This document shows positions 31,255 through 42,639 of a DNA stretch of 64,000 nucleotides, piece by piece (the stretch's first letter is position 1; each line of letters starts with the position of its first letter). The notes below the pieces were generated by a model that was not told where the DNA came from, did not search any database, and saw only the letters and a program-made list of their open reading frames with translations. Source of the stretch: Candidatus Thorarchaeota archaeon (lineage in GTDB: Archaea > Asgardarchaeota > Thorarchaeia > Thorarchaeales > Thorarchaeaceae); the NCBI GenBank assembly GCA_963726195.1, contig CAVSBO010000003.1, forward strand, positions 387,011-451,010, written 5' to 3'. The position numbers and the translations under genes were made by a program.

Positions 31255-33898
31255 ATGAGTACTCAATCGAACGAGGTTGAAACAAAATCACGCATGTCCC
31301 TGAAGATAGAGGGTATGCATTGCGCCTCGTGCGTTGCCACAGTTGAGAAGTCTCTGCTCAAGCAACAGGGTGTTGTGAGCGCAACCGTGAGCCTGCTAGA
31401 CGAGAAAGCAGTAATCGAATATGAGCTAGGCAAGGTAAATCGTTCAGTTCTCGAGCAAGCAGTGAATTCAACAGGTTACCGAGCCAGAAGACCGACCGCG
31501 GCACTCACGCTTAGTCCTCATCCGGAACAACAAGAGTGGGAGTCAATATCAGAGAAAGTCAAAGGTCTCGATGGAATCATCAGCGTAAGAAGTTACCCAG
31601 ATTCGGGGCGACTCATGGTTGAATACGATGATGACTTAGTTACGCCGAGAATCGTGAAACGAACCCTGAAGAGCGTGGGGTATGAGGCAACCGAGAACTT
31701 CCGCGTCACGGGCGGACAGAGAGTCTCTAGCGAGAGAGAAGGAGATCCGGTTCTACTCAAGACTGCTGGCTTTCTCCGCGATACTTACAGTACCTGTCAT
31801 GCTAATCATGTTTGGAGTACTGACGCCATTCCTTCCACCAGTGCTGACGCCGGACTTGGCCATGTTCATGCTGACGACGCCAGTCCAGTTCGTGGCCGGG
31901 TATCCGTTCTACAGGTCGAGTCTCAGGGTCATGAGACATGGCAAGACCAACATGGACACACTCATCATGCTGGGCACGAGCGCGGCTTACTTCTACTCGG
32001 TTGCGGCCACATTTGTACTTACAGGGTATAGCACATTCTATGATACTGCAGCCGCCCTAATCACGTTCATACTGCTGGGAAGGACACTCGAAGCAATCGC
32101 GAAGGGACGGACATCCCGGGCAGTTCGGAGTCTCATGGACCTTCAGGCTCAAGTCGCAATTGTCGAAAGAAACGGCCAAGAGACAACAATCCCAGCAGAG
32201 GATGTTGAGGTTGGAGATGTTGTCGTCGTGAGACCTGGGGACAAGGTTCCAGTAGATGGGATAGTCATTGGCGGCGAATCTACGGTGGACGAGTCCATGG
32301 TCACAGGAGAATCGATGCCTGTTAGCAAGACCTCCGGCGATACTGCAATAGGTGCTACAATCAACAAGGGCGGAGTACTCAGAATAAGGGCAAACAAAGT
32401 GGGACGAGATACTGTTCTATCCCAGATTGTGAAGCTTGTCGAAGATGCTCAGACGCAGAAGCCTCCGATTCAGAGGAGAGCAGACGCCATCGCAGAGGTA
32501 TTCGTACCAGCCGTATTGACAATCGCAGCTGCCACTTTCATCTTCTGGACTGTCTTCATGTATTCGACTTGGGTAAGAGCTCTCAGTTTCACAATCGCGG
32601 TGTTGGTCGCAGCATGTCCATGTGCACTAGGGCTCGCGACGCCTACAGCGATTATGGTTGGAATAGGAAGAGGAGCGAAGCAAGGCATATTATTCAAAAC
32701 CGGTACTGGTCTAGAACTGATTCCAAAGGTCGACACGGTTGTATTCGACAAGACAGGAACTCTGACCGTAGGCAGACCCACGGTTACTGATATCATCTGT
32801 GCATCAGGTGTGGAATCGGCGCATGCACTTCAGCTGGTCGCCTCGATAGAGAAGAACAGCGAACATCCCCTTGCTGAGGCTATTGTTCGTTATGCTCAGG
32901 AAGAAAACGTCGAGTTTCTCGAGACTGAGAAGTTCAGTTCCGAATCCGGGAAAGGTGTCCGAGCAATAGTGGACAATTCGGAGATCCTAGTCGGCAATGA
33001 CAGATACATGATGGAAAACTCTGTGGATATCTCTGAAATCGAATCCCACAGCGATATGCTTGGGGCACAAGGCAAGACTGTTGTGTACGCTGCCCAAGAC
33101 GGCAGGCCACTCGCATTGATGGCAGTGGCTGATGTGCCCAAGGAGACTTCAGCTCAGGCGATCAAGATGCTGCGAGAGATGAATCTTGACGTCTGGATGA
33201 TTAGTGGAGACAAGGAGAGAACCGCAAGAGCTATCGCAAAGGGTCTTGGCATCGAAAACGTGCTGGCAGAGGTGCTGCCATCGGACAAGGCCATGCAAGT
33301 CAAAGCTCTCCAGATGAAAGGTCATACGGTCGCGATGGTTGGGGACGGAGTCAATGATGCGCCTGCTTTGGCTCAAGCCGACGTGGGAATAGCGCTCGGC
33401 TCAGGCACTGCAGTATCAGTTGAGACCGGAGACATTGTGCTTGTCAAAAACGATCTGATGGATGTCGTAACAGGCATCGAACTCGGACGCAAGACCATGG
33501 CGAAGATCAAGCAGGGATTCTTCTGGGCTTTCATATACAACTTGGCTTTGTTGCCCATTGCAGCAGGCATCCTGTTTCCATTCACAGGCTTGGTTCTCAG
33601 ACCTGAATACGCTGGTTTGGCCATGTCGATGTCCAGCGTCAGTGTCGTTACGAATGCATTAATGCTGGGCAGATTCAAACCCAAGACCGCTCAAATGGAA
33701 GCCTCATCAGTGCTTCCCATTGATACTCAGAAGAAGAACGTAGCCATCGACCCCATATGTAAGATGGAAGTGGATGTCGAGACAGCAGAACTGTATAGCG
33801 ACTTCATGGGAAAGCGGTACTATTTCTGTGCTCCTCACTGCAAGCAGACTTTTGATAGCGATCCCGAAGCCTACCGGGACCAAGATGTCAGAGCGTAG
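31255..33898 (+). CDS. copA: copper-translocating P1B-type ATPase with N-terminal HMA and C-terminal TRASH/YHS domain, reading frame interrupted
   Basis: HMA domain GMHCASCV, CPC motif AACPCALGLATP, DKTGTLT, GDGVNDAP, and C-terminal CKMEV...YYFCAPHCKQTF. ORF 31255-32031 holds the HMA domains and ORF 31682-33898 holds the pump core. The frames switch at about 31700-31725. Confidence 0.9.
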
Positions 33899-33961
33899 GA
33901 TGTTTCTATTCTGATTCGTGTGTGCCATACGATTGTTATCTCTGCTTTACGTATGGCTTAA

Positions 33962-35380
33962 ATGGGGGCTGAGGCATCCCGGTTTGGATTTGCATTCCGC
34001 CAACGGACCTTGTTGGAGGTCATTCTGCAAATGATGCTGTCAATGTCCAAGAAGATCGCTTATGGTATGGGGCGGTTCGGGTCGTCTTTTCTTTTGAGCT
34101 TGACTGCCCTCACCACTTTCTACATCTATGGGGAGTACTTCACACTCAACTGGTTGCTTGCAGGAATTGCCCTTGCTACTTCATACGTCGTCATAGGTCT
34201 GACGAGTTGGCTGATTGGCTACCTTAGTGATGGTGCAGAAACCAGATGGGGACGCAGAAAACCCTTTGTCATCATCGGAGCACCCGGTCTTGCGGTAACG
34301 GGCTTCTTGCTTTTCGTGCCGAACTGGTTCTTTCTCACGACAGGTCCCAGTCAGCAGGCAACTCTCTTCTTTTACTACCTCATTGTGCTGTGTTCCTTCA
34401 AGTTCTTCTATGCCTTCCTGACCACACCATTTCAATCATGGCTGCCTGAGATTACTGATGAGGACGAGAGACCACTTGTCTCAAGCATGCAGAACACATC
34501 AAACTGGGTAGCTAACGGGCTAGGTGTTGTTCTCGGCTTCATAACGCCGCAGTTATTCATTACATCTCCAGCTCCTGCGGTGAGTCAACTCGGACTTCTC
34601 ATAGTTGTGATCTTTGCAATTATAACAATCCTGTTCTACTTACCCTCAATAATCTGGGTCCGCGAAAAGCCTAACATAGTTGTTCCAAAGAGGAGCTTAG
34701 TCCAAGAGACGGCGATTGTCCTGAGAAATCGAACTTACGTTGGATGGATGATCGCAGTCGGGTTTCTGTCATTCTCTTTGGCGGCCGTTAACGCGCAAGT
34801 AGTTGGATTTGCACAGAAGGTCCTTCTCCTGAATACCCTCCCGTTGCTGCTCCCTCCCGCAATCTCATTGCTTGTTGCGACGATAATCTTCCTCTATGTC
34901 TGGATAAAGCTGATTCGGAGAGTTGGAAAAGGGCGTTCGACCACTATTGCAATGGCATTTCTTGCGGTATTGCTTGCCACGACTCCATTTCTCAATCTAC
35001 TCAGCCCAACCATACCGACTATGTTTGTCGCAATCATATTCTTCATTCCGGTGGCAGCCTGCATAGCAGTCTACTACCTGATGAGCTACGTTGTCCCAGC
35101 TGACATAGCCCAAGTGGACGAAATCGAGACAGGACAAAGCCGCTCAGGCATGTACACCGGTTTCATAGGTGTGCCGCTCAACTTCTTCCAAGCGGCCTCA
35201 GCCTTGCTGCTTGGGTGGTTGATGGATTACTCTGTGGCAAGCTACGGGAGCAATGTGTGGGGCCTCATGTGGTGGGGACCTCTCTTCGCGCCATTTCTCA
35301 TAGTGGCAGCCATCATTCTGCACTACGTCAACATCGACCCAGATTTCAAGGCACTCTGGGCAAAGAAGACGGGCGCGTAG
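33962..35380 (+). CDS. MFS transporter (GPH/MelB-like)
   Basis: 472-aa ORF with about 12 TM helices and RWGRRKPF (the D/RxGRRKP loop typical of GPH/MFS). The probable true start is the ATG at 34031 or 34043 (MMLSMSKKIAYGMGRFG). Confidence 0.65.
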   Translation: MGAEASRFGFAFRQRTLLEVILQMMLSMSKKIAYGMGRFGSSFLLSLTALTTFYIYGEYFTLNWLLAGIALATSYVVIGLTSWLIGYLSDGAETRWGRRKPFVIIGAPGLAVTGFLLFVPNWFFLTTGPSQQATLFFYYLIVLCSFKFFYAFLTTPFQSWLPEITDEDERPLVSSMQNTSNWVANGLGVVLGFITPQLFITSPAPAVSQLGLLIVVIFAIITILFYLPSIIWVREKPNIVVPKRSLVQETAIVLRNRTYVGWMIAVGFLSFSLAAVNAQVVGFAQKVLLLNTLPLLLPPAISLLVATIIFLYVWIKLIRRVGKGRSTTIAMAFLAVLLATTPFLNLLSPTIPTMFVAIIFFIPVAACIAVYYLMSYVVPADIAQVDEIETGQSRSGMYTGFIGVPLNFFQAASALLLGWLMDYSVASYGSNVWGLMWWGPLFAPFLIVAAIILHYVNIDPDFKALWAKKTGA

Positions 35381-35533
35381 GGTGTGGCATGTGCGCTCTC
35401 GAGGCGGCTATCCGGTTTACAAATGGAATCGGTTTAGTCTCATGACAAGGGCGGTGCCTCTTCGCACGAAAAGCGCGGAGGACCGCTCGCCCATCTTTTC
35501 CTCGCCTCGTCAGATTCGCGGCGTGAGGATGGC

Positions 35534-36443
35534 CTAGCTGCTCTCATCTTTGCTTCTGACGTATAGCCGACCCTCAGCGACGAGTCTTACCTTGCCAGAC
35601 ACAAACACTTCGCGAGGAGACTTGTCACCGATTACCTCAACATCGAGCCTGCTCGGCCTCCGGATCTCGTATCCCTGTTCGATGGTGATCTTGCGTTGTG
35701 GTTGCGAGCCGGGCAAGAGACCGTGCATTGTCAGATAGGCTCCGAGTGGACCCGCGGCACTGCCTGTTGCAGGGTCTTCGAGCACGCCCACTTCTGGAGC
35801 AAACATCCTCACATGGACATCTGAGTCGGAGTTAACGTGCTCAGTTGTAAAGAAAACAATGTCCTGTGATGGCTGACCATCAAGCGCCTTGAGTATTAGA
35901 GCAGGATTCGGAACAGCTCGCTGGAGGGCCTTGAGCGATTTCACCGGCACGATTAGAAACGGCAGACCCGTTGACACGAACTCCATCGGTGAAGCATCAG
36001 ATATCTCATCGGCTCTCAGCCCGACAGACTCAGCGATTGCCTGCTTCTGCGTCCATGTCTTCATAAACTTGGGGCGACCTTGGGCCATCTGAATATGGTC
36101 ATCAGGCAGATACTTCACCTTAATCGGTCCGACACCGAGTTCGAGCTGTATCTCGCTATCAGTAGGACTCACCAGCCGCTTGTATCTTAGTACATATGCT
36201 GAGCCAAGAGTCGGATGCCCAGCAAATGAGATTTCCATTCCTGGAGTAAAGATGCGAACCTTCGAAGAGCAATTGGAGACGCTGGGAGCGAAAAGGAAGG
36301 TCGTCTCCGAATGCTGCATCTCGAGGGCTATTCCCTGCATATCCTCAACGGCGAGACCGGAGTTCAGAATATGATCCCAAAATGTAGCTGAGCTGATTCC
36401 CGCTGAAGGAATATCTCTCGTCAACAAAGACGCTGGTTTGCAT
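35534..36443 (-). CDS. PhzF-family isomerase, reading frame interrupted near the N-terminus
   Basis: SETTFLF, GHPTLGSAYV and EDPATGSAAGPLGAYL lie in ORF 35534-36427. The family N-terminus MQTSVFVDERYSFSGNQLSYIL is encoded from ATG 36443 in another frame. The frames switch at about 36370-36385. Confidence 0.75.
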
Positions 36444-36588
36444 GAATGGTATTGCTCGCACGCTTGCTCCTTCTGGAGATTGCTGTTCTTGAACTTCGCG
36501 GCGTGCCTATTTCAAGACTGCTAAGGGCTGAACAATGCCCGGAGATTGTGCGTCACAGACCCCGGGCGCTTGTTCCCAAATATGATTC

Positions 36589-37378
36589 CTAGTAGGCGAG
36601 CCAGCCGCCGTCCACCGCGAGCGTGTGACCCGTTATGTACTTCGCATCATCACTTGCCAAGAAACACATAGCGCCCCGAATCCATTCATTCTGGGCCATC
36701 AACCGGCCACCGGTCTTTGAATCGAACAGGGCGGTCCTGGGCTCAATGTAGGTCTCTCGAAGCTTCTTGTCCGTTAGGGCTTGAATGGACATGTCCGTCG
36801 GGAAGAAGCCAGGCGCGATAGCATTGACACGGATACTGTACTTGCCAAGCTCCACGGCGAGAGCTTTCGTCATCGCTATCAGCCCACCTTTCGAAGAATA
36901 ATAACCCACTTCTGTGAATTCCGTCGCACCAAGTCCGAACGTGGATGAGATGTTAATAATGCACCCTGATTTCTTCGGAATCATAACTTTCGCGACCTCT
37001 CTTGATGCTAGAAAGGCCGAGGTCAGACACACATTCATGACTTGATTCCAATCAGCTAGTGTCTGCTCAATCAAGGGTTTGAATACGTACACTCCTGCGT
37101 TGTTGATCAAGATATCCACCGTGCCGAGTTTCTTGACAGACTGTGTCTACCATCTTGATAACGTCAGATTCCTTGGTGACATCCGTGGCAATTGGTATTG
37201 CCTTGACATTATGAGCGCGAGAAACCTCGTCAGCTATCTTCTGCATCTTGTCAAGGGTCCGAGCTGCAAGAACAACATTCGCCCCTGATTCGGCTAGGGC
37301 TCTCACGAACTGCTCACCGAGACCGCGTGACGCTCCAGTCACTATCGCAACCTTTCCGCTTAGATTGTACTTAGTCAT
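36589..37378 (-). CDS. short-chain dehydrogenase/reductase (FabG-like), reading frame interrupted
   Basis: TGASRGLG cofactor motif in ORF 37067-37378. NNAG and the catalytic YSSKGG (Y-x3-K) are in ORF 36589-37119. The frames switch at about 37135-37142 (..VDTV / KKLGTVDILINNAG). Confidence 0.85.
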
Positions 37379-37450
37379 GTGAATAGGACCTTCTCAAAGT
37401 CGTTGGAGAATCAACGAAGAAGGTCCGGCATATAACGATTAATGTTAGTA

Positions 37451-38068
37451 CTATTCAACAGGTTGCCGAATGACAGTCTTGAGTCTCTCAGGTGCCGTCC
37501 TTCGAGGATCACCAAGGTAGATTTCGTGGTGCTTTCCACGGAGTTTGTATCCGGATTCCTTGGCGAATGTGTGGAGGTTCTCTATTGTCGGGCCTTCCGC
37601 GGAGTAAGGACCGAAATACATTATCTGGACCGAGAGACCCTCATGAAAGGCCTCGAATCTCATCTTCGAAAGAGCAGGAGGATTTCTCTTCTTTCGCAGC
37701 TCTTCAACAGCCTTTGCTATCCATGTCTTGGTCACAGGTTCAGGCTGAACAATCATTGAGGTCCATTGCCACTTGCTCTTGTTGCTCAAATCGATAGCAG
37801 TCTGACCGGGCATCCACCACAAACCTTCAAGCGGCATCACGGCGAAGTCAGCTCCAACCTCTTTCTTGAGCATGAACTTCACAGTAAATGACACGCCATA
37901 TAGAGCCTCCAATGCTGCTTGGTATTCCTTGGACGTGTTTGGATCCCCGGCACCATCAATCATGACAAAGTTGAATGATGGCACATCAACAATCGAGGGT
38001 TTCTTGGCTGAAGGTACATACAGCTCTTTGAACTCTTTTTTGAGGTCGGTCTTCAAGAACGCACCCAC
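37451..38068 (-). CDS. GyrI-like small-molecule-binding domain protein
   Basis: 205 aa, pattern ..FVMIDGAGDPNTS..Y..A..ALY......K.......DF.V.PLEGLWW..... ..FHEG..VQIMYFGPY..EGPTI..LH.F..E.GY...G.HHEIYL.DPRRT.PE.LKT.IR.PV, as in GyrI-like/SOUL-type effector-binding domains. Confidence 0.6.
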   Translation of the reverse strand: MGAFLKTDLKKEFKELYVPSAKKPSIVDVPSFNFVMIDGAGDPNTSKEYQAALEALYGVSFTVKFMLKKEVGADFAVMPLEGLWWMPGQTAIDLSNKSKWQWTSMIVQPEPVTKTWIAKAVEELRKKRNPPALSKMRFEAFHEGLSVQIMYFGPYSAEGPTIENLHTFAKESGYKLRGKHHEIYLGDPRRTAPERLKTVIRQPVE

Positions 38069-38196
38069 AAAGAGTCAGACATGTTAACAACAAAAAGCTG
38101 CCTGAATGCCAAATGCGTTCTCGCTGGCCGCAATTCCATTCACACATATTTGGCATGTCCTGAAAGCTCGGTTTAAGAGCCGACAGTGCCAAGTGG

Positions 38197-39525
38197 ATGA
38201 TTAAGCAGTCTCAGGGACAGACTGCGACCGGGGCTGTTCGTAGAATGCAGTACGAGTGCATCAAGGCGAAATCCCTTCTTTCCAAGCCCATCGTGGCGGA
38301 CAGCTGGTTCCATGTGAATCGGTCTCTTAACGCCTACAAAGGATGTGAGCACGGTTGCGTCTACTGTGATGGCATGTCCGAAGGATATCACGTTGACGAT
38401 TTCTTTACCTGTGTACGCGTCAAGGAAAACGCTCCCGAGGTACTCCAACGCGAACTGAAGAAGGATGGCTTCCTCCCCAAGTCAGAGCTGAGCTCACAGT
38501 CTCTGTTGTCGTTTCTCGATAAGGACGACGCTGCTAGACTCGCACAGCAGGGGCCGAGGAAACAGGTCATTGGTGTATGTGGAGGAGTCTCGGACGGTTA
38601 TCAACCAGCTGAGAGACAGTACAAAGTGACACAGAAGAATCTGGAGGTCCTTCGGGATTTTGGCATGCCCGTCTTTGTTCTAACGAAATCCGACCTCGTA
38701 CTCCGAGACCTTGACATCCTCAAGGAGATTCACAAACAAGCCTTTGCGAACGTCACTTTCACAATCACACTCCATGATGAGCAGACAAAGCAAGTGTTCG
38801 AGCCCAAGTCTGCATCCACGTCTGAGAGATTCGATGCACTCAAAGAAGTGAGGAAAGCCGGACTATTCGGGGGAGTAATGGCAGTACCACTTATCTCGGG
38901 CATAGGCGACACGTACGAGAACATCACCGGTCTCGTGAAGGAAGCAAAACGAGCTGGAGCAGAATCTATCGTATTCGGTGGGCTTACACTGAAACCGGGA
39001 CGACAGAAAGAGTACTTTCTCAATGTCGTCAAGAAGCATTTCCCTGAACAGCATGACCTACTTGCAAGGATTTACTCGAACAATGACAAGTACGGACGCC
39101 CGGATTACACGCAGAAACCAGTGAGTGTGATGCTTCGTGGGCATCAGATATGCAAGGAAGTAGGTGTCAGTGACAGATCAGTTAGGCACAAGATGTCGGG
39201 CGAACATGACTCGAACAACAAGGTTCTGGGCGTCCTGCTTGACATGATTTTCTACCAGGTCTATGCTCTCGGACTTCCTTGGTATAAGAGCAGACGTTAC
39301 CAGGAACTGGCTGCAACTCTAGAACAAGGAGTGGAGGACCTAGCGCTGTTGAGGAAACAGGGAACACTACAGGAGCGACTTCATGTAAGTGCAGAGATTG
39401 CGTCCCTAGTCGAGAGCATAATGGACCGCGGAACCTGTCAGCAGTTGGAAGAAATCGAGAAGTCGCTGACCTCCATGGAATCTGGGAGGGGTCAGGTCTT
39501 TACTGCATGGGAGAAGGTCAACTGA
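38197..39525 (+). CDS. radical SAM protein (SplB/COG1533-like)
   Basis: C-x3-C-x2-C cluster motif CEHGCVYCDG near the N-terminus. 442 aa with a long helical C-terminal extension. Confidence 0.7.
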   Translation: MIKQSQGQTATGAVRRMQYECIKAKSLLSKPIVADSWFHVNRSLNAYKGCEHGCVYCDGMSEGYHVDDFFTCVRVKENAPEVLQRELKKDGFLPKSELSSQSLLSFLDKDDAARLAQQGPRKQVIGVCGGVSDGYQPAERQYKVTQKNLEVLRDFGMPVFVLTKSDLVLRDLDILKEIHKQAFANVTFTITLHDEQTKQVFEPKSASTSERFDALKEVRKAGLFGGVMAVPLISGIGDTYENITGLVKEAKRAGAESIVFGGLTLKPGRQKEYFLNVVKKHFPEQHDLLARIYSNNDKYGRPDYTQKPVSVMLRGHQICKEVGVSDRSVRHKMSGEHDSNNKVLGVLLDMIFYQVYALGLPWYKSRRYQELAATLEQGVEDLALLRKQGTLQERLHVSAEIASLVESIMDRGTCQQLEEIEKSLTSMESGRGQVFTAWEKVN

Positions 39526-39628
39526 ACGCAGACAGGACCCCAGTCAAGGCGTCAACCGCTCACTTTCAGGTCAAGCTACTGGGACAAGCAATCGACAAGG
39601 GAGGCCAGAAGTGAGTTGCTCAGTTCAC

Positions 39629-40591
39629 CTATTCCGAAGATGGCACAACACACTTTTCGGTCTCAGCATCGATTCTCTTTGTTCTTCGCGATTGTATGAT
39701 ACTTACCAGTGCGGCCGGAATCACAATCAAAAGCCAAATAGTAACATCGCCGACTGCATCCATCAGAGGATTGACCCCCGAGGGGTCTAACCATGTCTTG
39801 CCAAGCTGTGCCATGTTAACCAATGGATAGACCAAGATGACACCAAAAGCTTGTTTGAGGCGGACGGCATCGACATGGCAGACTAGCTTTGGTCCGATTT
39901 GCGCTCCAATAACCATGCCTATGCTCAGAGTAATGCTATAGAAGACGCTGATCTCACTCGTCAGATAGTTCAACGCCGTGCCAGAAGTAGCAGTGAATAT
40001 CATCGTGAGCATCGAAGTGGCCACCGCCGCGTGCATGGGCAGCCCCATTAACATGTTGAACACAGGCACCATCAGTATTCCTCCCCCTATCCCGAGGAGA
40101 CCTGACAGAGCACCCGCACAGAAGGAGCCCAACAATGAAGAGAGCCGCCTTCGCTTAGAGACCTGAGAGAATGTGAACGAACTGACCTCAGCGGCCATGT
40201 CAGCCTTACCCTTCCTCTTGGTGAAGAGCATCCTGATAGCGATGGGAAGAAGAATGACAGCAAAGAGCAGCCTCAGAAGGAAGTCAGTCGGAATTAGCAG
40301 TCTCAGCCACACACCGAACAATGAACCCGGGACGCTGGTCGCCGCTAGGAACAACCCCGCTTTAACGACTACCGGACTCGGTTTCTGACGAAGGTACGCG
40401 AAGGAACCTGCTATCGCAGCAAAGAGAGCGGCCACAAGGGTCGTGGCCGGTGCCAGCTTTGCAGAGAAGCCGAATACAATGACCAAAATCGGCATCAGGA
40501 TTATTCCGCCGCCTATACCAAGCATTGACGCGAGCGTTCCCACGCCGACTGCGAATACGATGAGCAAGAGGGCTTCAATGAGAATGTCCAT
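39629..40591 (-). CDS. TauE/SafE-family anion exporter
   Basis: 320 aa, 8 or more TM helices, duplicated G-rich motifs (MLGIGGGIILMPILV and LLGIGGGILMVPVFN). Confidence 0.8.
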   Translation of the reverse strand: MDILIEALLLIVFAVGVGTLASMLGIGGGIILMPILVIVFGFSAKLAPATTLVAALFAAIAGSFAYLRQKPSPVVVKAGLFLAATSVPGSLFGVWLRLLIPTDFLLRLLFAVILLPIAIRMLFTKRKGKADMAAEVSSFTFSQVSKRRRLSSLLGSFCAGALSGLLGIGGGILMVPVFNMLMGLPMHAAVATSMLTMIFTATSGTALNYLTSEISVFYSITLSIGMVIGAQIGPKLVCHVDAVRLKQAFGVILVYPLVNMAQLGKTWLDPSGVNPLMDAVGDVTIWLLIVIPAALVSIIQSRRTKRIDAETEKCVVPSSE

Positions 40592-40663
40592 TGTCTGTTG
40601 CGTCCCACGTTTGTTCGAGTTGTGCTGTACTTAAGGCGAGCTGTGAAGACCTGCAATCTCACA

Positions 40664-41123
40664 TCACAAAGGAGTCTTGCGACGGCCTATGTAATAGCAG
40701 CCTGCCATTATCGAGAGAAAGCCTATGAGTATCATCCCAACGGTGACGTTTTCCACATCCATGTTTCCATGGAATATGACCAAGGTCAGATAAGAAATCA
40801 CAACAACTGCGAGGCCTGCTTCTGCCGCATAACGGCCTGGCTTCGTGTTGAACTTCAGGAATTCTGGTTCCTCTTCCTTGGTCGGTATGGAAGGGTGTTC
40901 TGAGAACTCTTGCGCCATCTTGGAAGAACCTCATTCCATCTTCAGTTATTCGGCCCTTCAAAACTCCTTGTTCAAGGAGCTCTTGCAGCATCGTTCTGAC
41001 CTCGTCTTGACTCACACCGACCTCGTCACTCATGACTTCGATGGAACTAAGATTCTCATCTTTCACCATGTGAGCCAGACGATCCTTCTGGGCAGACACC
41101 GCTATTACCCCTACAACTCCCAT
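40664..41123 (-). CDS. hypothetical winged-helix plus two-TM protein, reading frame interrupted
   Basis: The N-terminal wHTH-like part (SSIEVMSDEVGVSQDEVRTMLQELLEQGVLKGRITEDGMRFF) is in ORF 40659-41123. The membrane part (..GRYAAEAGLAVVVISYLTLVIF..VGMILIGFLSIMAGCYYI) is in ORF 40664-40918. The frames switch at about 40915-40925. Confidence 0.45.
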
Positions 41124-41221
41124 CTATCACGGCAATAAATGCATTGCAGAAACAGCAGCAATGCCGGCAGCACACGGTCACTCTTGGTGCACCTTGCTGA
41201 CCCCAATTGCTGGTGATAGGC

Positions 41222-42331
41222 TCATTTCTTGTGTGCTTTCTTGCCTATCGAAAGCTTTCCCGGGGCTTGAATTTCGTAAAAGTACTTCCCCTTTGAGTAG
41301 ATTACCTCATCACCCGCAGTGACCTCGCCGTTGAGCATTGTCTTGATCATGTCCACATGTACGGCACTTTGATTTGTTCCATTGTTTTCCTTGTATGCAT
41401 TGCCCAAGGCGCAATGGATTGTGTCGCCCATTTTCTCATCAAAAAGCATGTTGAGAGTGGATTGCTTAATCCCACGGTTCGTGCCAATCGCCATCTCGCC
41501 GAGCCGTCTAGACCCTGCATCTGTATCCAATATAGACTTCAGAGTTTCTTGGCCCTTTTCGGCGGAGAAATCGACTACTTCACCCCTCTGGAATCTGAGC
41601 CTCACCCCTTCGATGACTCGGCCCTGCTGCAGGAAAGGCACATCGAACAGTATCTTCCCTTCAACGGTAGTCTCGACAGGTGCAGTGAATACCTCTCCGC
41701 TTGGCATGTTGTGCTTGCCATCGGATGCGACCCAGATTCGTCCTTCAGTTGATGCATGAAGGTCAGTTTCCGGGCCGACGAATCTGATATCCTTGTGCTG
41801 TTCAAGATGCTCCTTCATTAGGTAGAGGTTCTTACTCTCTGCCTTCCAGTCAATCAGGGTCGCGCCGTAGACAAAGTTCTGGTACTCCTCAAGGCTCATG
41901 TTGGCCTGCTGAGCAAGTGCCCTGCACGGATGGACCGTCAGGCACCAGCGTTTCGACAGTCTCAGGTCTGCAATCTTCTGAGTCGTCCTGCTATAGGATA
42001 TGATTCTCTTGGAGTCCACATTGGCAAGTGCCCGGGTGTTGACCGGGGCACTGAGTGTGATGAAAACATCACAGGCCTTGACAAGCGATTCCTGATGCCT
42101 CGGAAACAACGTAATCGTGTCTTCGGCGGCTCCATCAAAGAAAGCACGGGTAATCTCTTCGCTCGCCATGATTGTGAACGGACTCCCACCGGCTCTTGCT
42201 ACTTCCCTTGTGACTGCGACAGCCAATTCGTGAGCTTCAGGGGAGGCACTGATGATGACCATATCGCCCTTCTTCACTTCGGTGCTCCAGTCAACGAGAA
42301 TCTTGGCATGCTGTTCGATTCTTGGATCCAT
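41222..42331 (-). CDS. M29-family aminopeptidase (AmpS/PepS-like)
   Basis: GEVFTAPVETTVEGKILFD, LGEMAIGTN, LFDEKMGDTIHCALGNAY, GTNQSAVHVDMI. The start is set at ATG 42329-42331 (MDPRIEQHAKILVDWS); the ORF track extends to 42373. Confidence 0.85.
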   Translation of the reverse strand: MDPRIEQHAKILVDWSTEVKKGDMVIISASPEAHELAVAVTREVARAGGSPFTIMASEEITRAFFDGAAEDTITLFPRHQESLVKACDVFITLSAPVNTRALANVDSKRIISYSRTTQKIADLRLSKRWCLTVHPCRALAQQANMSLEEYQNFVYGATLIDWKAESKNLYLMKEHLEQHKDIRFVGPETDLHASTEGRIWVASDGKHNMPSGEVFTAPVETTVEGKILFDVPFLQQGRVIEGVRLRFQRGEVVDFSAEKGQETLKSILDTDAGSRRLGEMAIGTNRGIKQSTLNMLFDEKMGDTIHCALGNAYKENNGTNQSAVHVDMIKTMLNGEVTAGDEVIYSKGKYFYEIQAPGKLSIGKKAHKK

Positions 42332-42518
42332 AGAATCATCGACCGCGTCCTGACTGCAGGTTGCGTGTGACACTTATCTATTGCGAATTCTGCGCGCTAG
42401 GGCTGCAAACAGAACCGTCCCGTCGTGACACCACAAATAGACTCGTGATTGAGAAGGTCTTTCTGCTTGCGACGCGACTCTCAGAGGAGTCTCACACATA
42501 CCTCTTGCGACTGCCCGA

Positions 42519-42639
42519 TTGAGAACACATGCACTGCCCAGCAATATAGGATACCTTCTTATCCGGGTAGTCAGGTGCCTTAGCCAGACCCATACCACTA
42601 AGATGGCACATCGGACTCGCAGAAAGGAACGCGTTCTAC
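42519..42639 (+). promoter_or_regulatory. conserved 5' leader of the ArsB/NhaD permease gene (copy A)
   Basis: 121 nt, about 85-90 percent identical by eye to 44453-44572. Potential helices are GGATA/TATCC, AGTC..GTGCCTT / AAG..GGCAC..GACT and CGC/GCG around AAAGGA. It ends at the GTG start. Confidence 0.4.
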
